A DNA stretch of 53,265 nt from assembly GCA_021432655.1 (NCBI GenBank), contig MU271493.1, positions 1 through 53,265 on the forward strand, in the 5' to 3' direction. Shown piece after piece: positions 26,131 through 36,760 of this stretch. The first letter of the stretch is position 1, and each line of letters opens with the position of its first letter. Source of the DNA: Atractiella rhizophila. Its lineage: Eukaryota. Made by a program: the position numbers and the translations under genes. The notes under the pieces are model-generated. The model worked only from the letters and a program-made list of their open reading frames with translations, searched no databases and was not told the origin of the DNA.

Positions 26131-27433
26131 TCAAACCTCTTGATGAATTCTCGCTTCTGTAGCGAAGTAACCCCGACCCGAAGCAACGGAACTAGTGTCT
26201 CCAGGCTGCTTTTCACCCAAGGTTTCCAACCTAAACACGTCTCAAGTCAGTTTATTAGGTCGAAGTACATCAGATCGCATACCTGTTGAGTTGAGCAGAT
26301 ATTGACTGGGTGACAGGCTGACGAGTGATTTTTGGACTAATCTCTTTCAACAAGCCAAGGCGAACAAGGATGGCTCGATAGATCGTCCACGACTCCGCCC
26401 CAAAACCAAACAACACCAACGCAGAGACACCAGCGACGATGCCCGACCACGCCGGCCAAGATAGTCCCTGATCTGGGAGGACCAAGACGTCGGATAGCTA
26501 TAAAAGAGCGTTAGATTGAAGAAACTGGCATGAAACAAAACCTTACACTCTCGTGCCAGTAGCCCCATGAGATGTACGGCGTAAGAGGTACCGAGTTCAG
26601 GAAATCCAACGTGCCCTTCACGCTCATAGGGGTAAAGATGAATACGTAACTGGCGGACAAGGCGCAGAGTCGGATGAAGCGAGAGAGAGTAATAGCCTGA
26701 CTGGACCCTTCCACGATTCTTTTGAAGTCGCGCCGATGCTTGAGAGCGCGAAAGATGATATAAACTACCAACAAACTCTCAGAACAGCTACAGAGTGAAA
26801 AGCAGAGACGAACCTGCACATATGGCTCCAAGGAATTGCAACAGAGTACTCCACACCAGCCATAACACAAGAGTCGCCCATGTTGGTGAAAATGTGAAGG
26901 CGCAACCGAGTCCTTTGACCAGCCCGAATCGACGGGATTGGTGAACAATGTGAAGAGCCATCAAAAGGACAGGGAAACCAAGGCAAAAGGCATATTCTTT
27001 AAGATGTCGACGCTGTTGACTTCGATGGCTGATCAAGAACGCTGTAGGGCTTAAGATTTGTGCCAGGTAGAGCGAAATGCAGAGAATGGACGCTCCCAAG
27101 CCAACTGGGGCGAACTGTTCGACCTGAGCGCATGGATCAGAAATATCAATAGCAGAGCCCAATGAACTAACCTTGGCAGAAATGTCACACCAAATTGGAG
27201 CGCGGTTGACGGCATCATTACGCCAGACAACGCAGTTGACCTGCTCGAGTTTAGAACGGATGGGATTAGGACATCTGAGAACGTACGAAAGCAATGAAAT
27301 TCAGTAACACAGTCCAAAACCCAAGGCAGAAACCCGAAGCATTGCCCTGTTGAAGATGCCAGGCCGTGGGGGCGAGATTAAGCAAGAATGAGAGGAAACT
27401 CAGAATGGTATAGATGATTGTAGTGGTCTCCAT
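26131..27433 (-). CDS. STE3: STE3-family mating pheromone receptor (7-TM GPCR); multi-exon
   Basis: METTTIIYTILSFLSFLLNLAPTAWHLQQGN...VNCVVWRNDAVNRAPIWCDISAK...ALHIVHQSRRFGLVKGLGC...ITLSRFIRL...PYISWGYWH...FGFGAE. Last exon ends ARIHQEV* at 26131. Confidence 0.95.
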
Positions 27434-28193
27434 TGTCAATCAGTGCTGTGGGTAGCAGATCCATTGTTGAGTCCTTTTATATGACCGGACTTGATGGCTT
27501 TGCGAACAACGAAGAAGAGGTCAAGATCTCGGTATCAAAACATCGTTCATCCGGAGTAAGTTTACCGGATTCGTGCTCCGGATCGCGCAGTCGTTTAGTT
27601 TTACCGTTGGGCGGAATAATTAATCAAACCTTATCTTGTGTCAACGTTTCTTTGGTCCGAACTCATGGCAAACAGCTGACAATAAACTATTGGTCCCATG
27701 ATATGATATGGTAACAATGCAGTACTAGTGACGCCAGTATCGAAAAATCTTTTTTAATGTGCATGCATCATATCTCCTGATTGATGCTAAGCGAGAAATA
27801 CAGCAAGGCGATTCCAGGTCTCAGTTTCCCACAAACACAGTGGCCACAGCGCTGAGCTGTAATAACCTGAATGTTCAAAAAGGGTTCATGACACAAAAAG
27901 ATGCTATTTACTTCTGACAATGTGGGGTTCAAGGCAAAATGTGACCGGAAATCCTACATCTCTAACTCGGTGCTTCGAGATGAATGCAAATACTTCGACA
28001 CTGTGCACAAGCAAAGCAGACACGTCACATGAGTCACATGAGTCACACGTCGAAGACTATTATTGTTTCTTGTCAAATAGGGCAAACACAAACAATAAGC
28101 AAATCTTAAACTCTCACTGACTTGCGCCTTCACTTTCAATCGTTGAAGCTTGGTGGGGTGTTTTCGGAAAGGTATTATATCCAAAGCTTTGTC

Positions 28194-31100
28194 ATGGATT
28201 CAGAAGTCTCTACGAGCCTCGCAAATTCAGTGTCACCTGATTCTTCAGTTCGCGCCAGAGCGACGCAGGAGTTGGAGGATTTCTTCTCTCAGCGCCATGA
28301 TGAATATGTTCTGGCACTCTCTCGTATATTATCTTCAGTGGATCAACCTACGACCCTTCGAACGTCCGCTGGTCTCACCCTGAAAAACACACTCACCTCT
28401 CGGGATTTTGCGCGCCAAAGCGACTTATTCACCAAATGGCGCTCAGTCTCACAAAATATACGTTCGACAATCAAAGCACAGAATCTACAAAGTCTAACGG
28501 ATCGCGAGAAGCTGGTGAGAAATGCTAGTGCACAAGTTATCGCTGCAATTGCTGCCATTGAGATACCAACGGGGCAATGGAATGATTTAGTGCGCATCCT
28601 GTTGGAGGGAATCCAAGACAGTCGAACGCGTGGGGAAGATGGTGCAATGGTGCGGCAGAGCATGCTTCAATGCCTTGGTTATGTTTGCGAACAGATTGTG
28701 AGCTCCCTGAGATGGCATGTTTTCTTCAGGTCTAATTGATGATATAGAAATCTGACGTCTTGGCGACACAATCCAACGAGATTTTAACTTGTGTGGTGCA
28801 GTCTGTGAAGGAAGAAACGAAGTTGTGTTTTAGATTTCAATTGAAGGTGGCTGACGTATTATCTTGCAGTCACGAAGTGCAACTTGCTGCTATCCATGCT
28901 CTGTACAATTCTCTGGAGTTTATCAAGGAGAACTTTGATCGTGAGGTATCTGTCTTTGTATGATTGGGAATCGGTCGAAGCTAACAAATAACATTTTAGG
29001 GAGAGCGGAATTACATCATGCAGGTTGTTTGTGAAGCGACCCAGATCACTAATGCTGAGGTGCAACTCGCTGCCTTTGAATGTCTGGTCCGAATCATGCA
29101 ACTCTATTACGAAAAAATGAAGTTCTATATGGAACGGGCTCTCTTTGGAGTAAGCTCAGCAAAGCTTTCGCCCAACGGCTGATCGTCATTTTAGCTCACT
29201 GTGCTCGGGATGAGACATACGGATGAGCGAATTGCAATCCAAGCGGTCGAATTCTGGTCCACTGTGTGTGACGAAGAACTGGAACTTTCCCTGGAGGCAG
29301 AGGAAGCCGCTGAGTACGGAGATCAACCAGAGAGACAATCGTACGGCTTTGCGAGGGTTGCTCTCCCAGAAATACTACCAGTGTTGCTACAGCTGCTCGG
29401 TCGTCAAGAAGAGGATGCCTCGGAGGATGAATGGAATCTCGCTATGGCTGCTGGCACTTGCTTAGCCTTGCTCGCTCAGGTCACTGGAGATGTGATCGTC
29501 GCTCCAATTATCCCTTTCGTTGAGACGCACATCAAATCAACGGACTGGCGGCAGCGTGAAGCAGCAGTTACAGCATTCGGGTCGATTCTCGACGGCCCCA
29601 ATACTCAAATCCTCGCTCCCCTCGTTCAGCAAGCTCTTCCCGTCCTGGTTGGAATGATGCAGGACCCTAATCCGCATGTCAAAGATTCAACGGCGTGGAC
29701 GCTAGGTCGGATTTGTGACTACATGGTAGACACTATTCAAACAATACAAGGTGCCGTGGGCCATCTTGTTCAGGCCTTTCTTGGCGCCCTGGAAGCTGGA
29801 GTGCAAGACGGAGAGGGTCGCATTGTCAGCAACAGTTGCTGGGCTCTCATGAATTTGGTCGAACAGCTCGCTGGGCCGAACAAGGAGACAAGCGATTTGT
29901 CTTCATTCTACGACCCCTTGGCAACTTCACTGTTCAACTTCGCAGAACGGTAACATCTTGTCTTATTCTCGACAACAAGGCTAATCTGATATGCTACACT
30001 AGGGTACAGAATGAAAGCAACTGCCGTGATTCCGCGTACGAAGCGCTCGCCACCCTCGCTGCCAACGCCCCTACAGATTGTTTACATCTTGTCCACAAGA
30101 TGCTCCAAGGCATAATAGACCGAATTGAGAACGTAATGACTTTCCACGATCAACTCGTTGGTATGGATGACAAGGCGAATTGGAATCAGCTACAAATAAA
30201 CTGTTGCTGTGTTTTAACTGTGTGTTCCTCGCTCCGTTCTTAGCACTATCTGACTGTTCTGTGGCAAGTCTTGCATTCGACGCTTGGGCAAGGAGATACG
30301 GAGCTTGCAGCCTGAACGTATAATCACGGCACTTTTAAGCCTCCTACAGATTAGCGGCAGATCATCCCCTATCCAAGAGGATGCCTTCTTGGCAGTTGGA
30401 GCTTTGACCGCCGCCCTTGAACAAGACTTTCATACATATCTTCAAGCATTTTTGCCATTCCTCTTCGCGGCTCTTCGAAACCACGAGGATTATCAGCTTT
30501 GTTCAATTGCTGTGGGATTGGTTGGAGATATATGCCGAGCCCTAGGAGAGGGCAGCGTTCAATATTGTCAAGGGTTTCTTGAAATGCTCATGCAAGATTT
30601 GCAGAGCGCTGTTCTGCATCGGAGCGTGAAACCACCTATTTTAAGCTGCTTTGGAGATATCGCTATGTCTATAGGGGGATCTTATGTGCCTTTCCTCGAG
30701 TCTACTATGACAGTGCTGCAACAAGCTGGTGCCATGAGAGCTGATCCGGTTCGTCTGACCACCATCTGCTATCAGGTCTGCTCACTGTCTCTAGAACAAC
30801 TTCGACCTTGTCGATTATATTAACACTCTTCGGGAAGGAATTCTTGAAGCCTATACAGGGATCGTCGGTGGCCTGAAAGCGGCCGGGAAACTGGACTCAC
30901 TTCTTCCGTACACGCCATCGATTTTCACTTTTCTTCATCTTGCCCTAACAGATCAAGATCGACCAGAATCGATTCTTGTTTCTGCGATCGGGCTCATTGG
31001 GGATCTAGCAGAAGGGTTTTCGGGTGGTCAGCTGAAGGATATTTTAACGTCAGCATGGATAGATCAGGTTTTGAAGACGGCAAAGACAAGGACGACTGAG

Positions 31101-31212
31101 AGTCATAAAAAGAAGGTGGTCAAATGGGCTAGAGAGGTAATCTGTCGTCACTTAGATTATGTCCGTGCACTAACAGAAGGCTGTTCAGATGGTCCGTAGA
31201 GCAACGCAGTAG
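28194..31212 (+). CDS. KAP95: Importin beta-1 (karyopherin beta); multi-exon
   Basis: IBN_N motif LRTSAGLTLKNTLT; QAVEFWSTVCDEE; EDEWNLAMAAGTCL; DWRQREAAVTAFGSILDGP; VKDSTAWTLGRI; LHRSVKPPILSCFGDIA. Confidence 0.96.
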
Positions 31213-31312
31213 TAGAAACTTTGTTGAGATGAAATGATATTTTTTTGCAATGAAATCGTGTACATTGGGCAAAACATTGGAACAACATTGCTTCCTAACC
31301 ATACGGCATAAA

Positions 31313-33317
31313 TTAGGTAGGGGGGGCTTGGCCTTCGAACAGCTTGACAAGACGGCCAACGCCGAGTTTAGCAGGGGGGACATTGCTCTGGGAGCGTGAA
31401 TGCTGTTTCCTAGTATCGGGATTCGGAGATGCAGGCAAGGAAGTCGTAAAACTTGAAGAACGCGTTCGAGACCTTCTGATATCAGTTGCGCCGGTGACTT
31501 GGCTCGTTGATCGAGTGGGAGCTATCAGCATTTCATGACTCCCTGTTTCGTATGACAATTGTATAGAGGCGCTATTGTCGACATTTAGTGTCGATGTTGA
31601 GGGTTGGATTGCCGTCGCCTCCAATGTCGCAATTTGCGGTGTAGACGTTGCCGTCACCATTCCTTCCTCCTCCAAATCAGATGGGGCAGACGTGCGCGCA
31701 AAGTCGGAACCAACAACAACATCTGAGGCTGAGTGTTCCGCACGAGCTTGGTGGCCAAGATATTTGATGGTTAATTCATCCATTTTGTCTTCCAGACGCT
31801 CAAGTTCCAAAGACCATTGCTGATTGAATGCTTTGATTATCGTCTCAGCACCTTGATCATAATTTTTCGAGCCGAGTTTCAGATCCTGTTCTAAACCTTT
31901 CAGCCTTGGAACCACCCATCTCTCTAGTTTCTCGAATCTCAACACGAGATCTACGAGAGTCCTTTCTATATCGATTTCACCATCCGATCTCAGAGCGATG
32001 TAAGGATGCTGTGGCGCAGACTGAGTCGACTGGGCGACGGTAGATAGAATCTTCTGTGATGCTGGAAGTACAGGGTGAGGAGAAGCATATTTCGAGCCGA
32101 CAGTGACATCTTTGCTGCTAGCAGTGTCCTCCCGATCGAAGACTGAACCCGTGCCAAATTCATTCAAAGAGCTTCGAGACAGATTTGGAGCGTGTGATGT
32201 GGCCATACGGGATGCTGAACCTCCCACAGAGGGCAACAGGCTCGGATTGACCACGTGTAGGGTGGCAGAACTAGCTGACGGAACAGTGGAGGCACTCGCA
32301 GGAGGTAACGAGCGGCGAGCTTGTTCAGCAATTTGTTGAGCTTCCGTGAGCCGCGTAGGCGAAGAAGTGGGGATGGCTTGGAGAGGCGACCATGGAGTTG
32401 CAAAAAAAGACTGAGATTCGGTGGAGGCACGAGCGAGGGGTTCATCGAGAAAGCGTGACAGTTTTCTAAATTTAAGTTAAGAAGAGGTGCTTTAGTTTCC
32501 GCGCAGAGTGAACGAACATCTCAGCCTCCTCCTTCTGATCGGAGTCCAAACCCAAATGGCCACTCTCACTCCCACTTCCTTCTGACATACTGATGGGAAA
32601 GCTAGGTAGACTTTTATTCCTATTGTTACTCATATCCCTCGGCCCCGCCAGGTACGTTCTTGGCCGTGCGACCTGAAAGCCAATGTTGTCATCTTCGCCC
32701 CCACTGATAGATGCATCGCTGCCCGTCCTTCCTCTACCAATGTTCATTCCAAACTTGAATCCACTTAGGAATCGACTTGCAAGCCCTGCTTCGGTTCTCG
32801 GGGTGGATAATGGTTTCGGACTCCCCAGTGGCGTGCTTGTAGGTGATTGTGTCGGAAACGACTGAGCTGTGAAAACACTGCTTGGCAGTTCAACGGGAGG
32901 AGAGACTTCTCTGGAGCTTGAAGGAGTGGGGGATTGCTGGGACAGGGTGGATAGTTCCGCATCACTGAGTTTTGGAGCTGGCTTTCTCCTGCCTCCTCTT
33001 TCCGGGTTGGGATTGATGTGGACAGGTGGCGGCGCAGACAGATGCGGGCCCCTATTCTCTCCATCTCGATATCGGGGCAGGTTTCTCACATAGGAGACAT
33101 CCTTTTCCTCGCTAGGGCTGCATTCGCCTCCACTGAGTTCGTCGTCTGTAAGGCCCTGCACTGTGGACTTCTTGACGACCTGGTGAACTTCGAAAGATGA
33201 GCGAGAAGGTGATCCTGGGAGTGAGAAGAAGGACGATCGTTTCCCAGTGGGGGAAGGTTGTGGTGAACGCTGAGGGGATATGGTTGGAGAATGTGAGTAG
33301 CGGCGCTGGGAGTCCAT
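31313..33317 (-). CDS. Ser/Pro-rich hypothetical protein with C-terminal coiled coil
   Basis: ORFs 32472-33446 and 31313-32254 on the same strand, joined by an intron; motif LRFEKLERWV. Likely start MDSQRRY at 33317. Confidence 0.65.
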
Positions 33318-33961
33318 GCAAAAGTGTCTGTCAGTCTCAATGGCGTTCAATGTAGCAAACACAGAAAGAAAGCATGATCGAGAGAGCAAACGTAGCTGAG
33401 ATCGGATATTTCCATAGTCCCGAACTAAAGCGTGTTCATGCTTCAAGTCTTTGTTGTTATGCCACGAATCATTTGATAGCGTTCAACCTCAAGTGCGCAC
33501 AAGCTCAAGCTCACAAGCATCCTGTTAGGCTTGGTCGATTGGACTGAGGAAAGTGGTTGGGATCGGATTCTACCATCACAACGCTGAAAGTAAGACAAAA
33601 ATTCAGAAATAACCGAAAGCTTGGGATGAAAGATAAATGTGTGGTAGTATACTACCAATAACACTTAAGCAATTTGAAGGGAAAGCAAAGGAACTACGGA
33701 GAACGAAGGTTATATCTAGATGCATGATGCTGGACTGCGAAAACGTAGGAACTGCAAACGAAAGTAAGTCGGACTCTTGAAGTCAAACAAAAATGTTTAA
33801 ATGCACAAAGGCAGCAGGAAAATTGAACCTCGACCGGAAGTGAGGAAGAGTCGAGGATGCGAATAGAGTTGTAAATTTTTGGGTGGCTTTTTCGTTTGAA
33901 TGAGTGCATGTCTGATAGCGGAGTTTAGTTTCAGTCGGAGTCCAGGAAAGAAGACAAACCA

Positions 33962-34246
33962 TTAAGCGACGATGCAGCCTCCACCGCCAGCGCTTCCACC
34001 ACCGTTCTTGGCGATAACACATCCTCCTCCACCAGCGCTTCCACCACCGTTCTTAGCGATGGTGCAGCCTCCACCGCCAGCGCTACCTCCACCGTTCTTG
34101 GTGATGGTGCAACCTCCGCCGCCAGCGCTACCGCCACCGTTCTTTGCGATTTCACAACCTCCTCCTCCAGCAGATCCACCGCCGTTAGCAGGGTTGGAGT
34201 CGACTGGGACTTCGACAGGATGGAGAGCGTATTGAAGGGGGTTCAT
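33962..34246 (-). CDS. Lipopeptide mating pheromone precursor, copy 1 (5 tandem CaaX repeats)
   Basis: 94 aa: a 20-aa leader, then NGGGSAGGGG-CEIA-K / -CTIT-K / -CTIA-K / -CVIA-K / -CIVA*. Lies 6.5 kb from STE3. Confidence 0.92.
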   Translation of the reverse strand: MNPLQYALHPVEVPVDSNPANGGGSAGGGGCEIAKNGGGSAGGGGCTITKNGGGSAGGGGCTIAKNGGGSAGGGGCVIAKNGGGSAGGGGCIVA

Positions 34247-34768
34247 GATGTTGTAGGAGCAGGTTAAGTTATTTCAAGATCTTGACAGCTGACAGCTACA
34301 GTAAACCTGATTTGTTTGGATAGCATCATTTAATCCGCCTTTATATATGCAATCGGTTCTAATACAAGGCATTAAGTTTGGCTGGACCGGTATCATCAGA
34401 CAACCCAGGTTTACGGTGGGCTATCTGTCCAGAATACCGGAACAGATAACAATGACGCCGAAGTATCCTCCATTTCGGTCTATTCTTTTTTGTAAGCGGA
34501 ACTGGATTGAATTATGTTGATATCAATGAAACCGTAACAATAGGAAGAAAGTTCCCTAAATTCGGTTTAGCAACAATGTACCGCAGATTTGGCAACAGAT
34601 GTTCGGTATTGCGGTCTGTTTCAGATCATTACGTACTACAAATGTTGCCTCCGCGGTACTGATTGTATATAAGCTTGTGAATGAATTGGATGGCCACTCT
34701 TCACCAAACAAATCAGGATTAGTTGACAGCTGTCAAGATCTCGGAAAGATTTAACTCACTCAGACATT
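34247..34768. promoter_or_regulatory. Bidirectional promoter of the pheromone pair (duplicated at 36239-36760)
   Basis: Outward-facing TATA boxes at 34340-34347 (minus) and 34666-34672 (plus), each ~95 bp from its ATG. TGTTTCA at 34617-34623; AACAAT x3. Confidence 0.7.
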
Positions 34769-35053
34769 ATGAACCCCCTTCAATACGCTCTCCATCCTGT
34801 CGAAGTCCCAGTCGACTCCAACCCTGCTAACGGCGGTGGATCTGCTGGAGGAGGAGGTTGTGAAATCGCAAAGAACGGTGGCGGTAGCGCTGGCGGCGGA
34901 GGTTGCACCATCACCAAGAACGGTGGAGGTAGCGCTGGCGGTGGAGGCTGCACCATCGCTAAGAACGGTGGTGGAAGCGCTGGTGGAGGAGGATGTGTTA
35001 TCGCCAAGAACGGTGGTGGAAGCGCTGGCGGTGGAGGCTGCATCGTCGCTTAA
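34769..35053 (+). CDS. Lipopeptide mating pheromone precursor, copy 2
   Basis: Same 94-aa protein as copy 1, in inverted orientation. Confidence 0.92.
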   Translation: MNPLQYALHPVEVPVDSNPANGGGSAGGGGCEIAKNGGGSAGGGGCTITKNGGGSAGGGGCTIAKNGGGSAGGGGCVIAKNGGGSAGGGGCIVA

Positions 35054-35586
35054 TGGTTTGTCTTCTTTCCTGGACTCCGACTGAAACTAAACTCCGCTAT
35101 CAGACATGCACTCATTCAAACGAAAAAGCCACCCAAAATTTACAACTCTATTCGCATGCTCGACTCTTCCTCACATCCGGTCGTGCTTCAATTTCCTCGT
35201 TCCCACGTCTTAATTCTTATTACTTCGCCTGTCGCTTTCTGCTTTCAAGTCATCGAAGTTCAAGAGTCCGACCTACCCTCCTTTCGCATCCCTTCTGCTG
35301 TTCTCAACAGAATTCATTTTGCGCTCTCGCATTGTGCATCTAGATCTCCCACCTTCGTTCAGACTCCATTTCCTTGTGATCCAATTAAGCGCATTGTTCG
35401 GTTTCTATGTTCCTCTGTCATGGCACTGTTATAGTCTCTGGTTTTCCCAACTTCGGCTCTTTCGTAGTGTTTGTCTTGCTTCTCGACGTCTGATACTAAA
35501 TGAATCATAACGTCTTTTTTTGTTGCATAAATATCGGCGTGTCCTTGTGGCCTTGCATGTTAGCGAGAGCACAGCATGAATTGCAT

Positions 35587-35868
35587 TCACAAAAGGGTAC
35601 AATTCGCCAAAACTTGAGTGACACGCTCTCCCATGACAGAACTCAGAGTCTCTACTTGCAGGAGGGAAGGGCCAGACGTGATCCAGTTCAGGGTAATTGG
35701 AAACGGGTCACCCTTTGCCACTGTTGCGAATCTCGCTAGGATCTTCGACCTTTCCGTTCTTGCATGCGGTTCTAGGTTCCAAACGAGCCTATTGGTCGAA
35801 GTGTCCATTTCTCCTTCCGGTCTAGCTTGATGCGATGTCACTGAATTTGGTATGAGTGCAGAGATAGA
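35587..35868 (-). pseudogene. Duplicated 3' fragment of the SYP1-like gene
   Basis: Encodes SISALIPNSVTSHQARPEG...LANCTLL*, matching the C-terminus of 37579-38652 except ETL vs EAL; cut at the duplication junction. Confidence 0.9.
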
Positions 35869-35953
35869 TTTTGGGTGGCTTTTTCGTTTGAATGAGTGCA
35901 TGTCTGATAGCGGAGTTTAGTTTCAGTCGGAGTCCAGGAAAGAAGACAAACCA

Positions 35954-36238
35954 TTAAGCGACGATGCAGCCTCCACCGCCAGCGCTTCCACCACCGTTCT
36001 TGGCGATAACACATCCTCCTCCACCAGCGCTTCCACCACCGTTCTTAGCGATGGTGCAGCCTCCACCGCCAGCGCTACCTCCACCGTTCTTGGTGATGGT
36101 GCAACCTCCGCCGCCAGCGCTACCGCCACCGTTCTTTGCGATTTCACAACCTCCTCCTCCAGCAGATCCACCGCCGTTAGCAGGGTTGGAGTCGACTGGG
36201 ACTTCGACAGGATGGAGAGCGTATTGAAGGGGGTTCAT
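35954..36238 (-). CDS. Lipopeptide mating pheromone precursor, copy 3
   Basis: Identical 94-aa ORF; equals copy 1 shifted by 1992 bp. Confidence 0.9.
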   Translation of the reverse strand: MNPLQYALHPVEVPVDSNPANGGGSAGGGGCEIAKNGGGSAGGGGCTITKNGGGSAGGGGCTIAKNGGGSAGGGGCVIAKNGGGSAGGGGCIVA

Positions 36239-36760
36239 GATGTTGTAGGAGCAGGTTAAGTTATTTCAAGATCTTGACAGCTGACAGCTACAGTAAACCT
36301 GATTTGTTTGGATAGCATCATTTAATCCGCCTTTATATATGCAATCGGTTCTAATACAAGGCATTAAGTTTGGCTGGACCGGTATCATCAGACAACCCAG
36401 GTTTACGGTGGGCTATCTGTCCAGAATACCGGAACAGATAACAATGACGCCGAAGTATCCTCCATTTCGGTCTATTCTTTTTTGTAAGCGGAACTGGATT
36501 GAATTATGTTGATATCAATGAAACCGTAACAATAGGAAGAAAGTTCCCTAAATTCGGTTTAGCAACAATGTACCGCAGATTTGGCAACAGATGTTCGGTA
36601 TTGCGGTCTGTTTCAGATCATTACGTACTACAAATGTTGCCTCCGCGGTACTGATTGTATATAAGCTTGTGAATGAATTGGATGGCCACTCTTCACCAAA
36701 CAAATCAGGATTAGTTGACAGCTGTCAAGATCTCGGAAAGATTTAACTCACTCAGACATT

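Noticed and set aside
33972..34235. Proline-rich 87-aa ORFs (MQPPPPALPPPF...) and the 82-aa MDLLEEEVVK ORFs at each pheromone copy
   Set aside because: These are antisense and alternative-frame shadows of the Gly-rich repeat; nucleotide variation is synonymous only in the pheromone frame.
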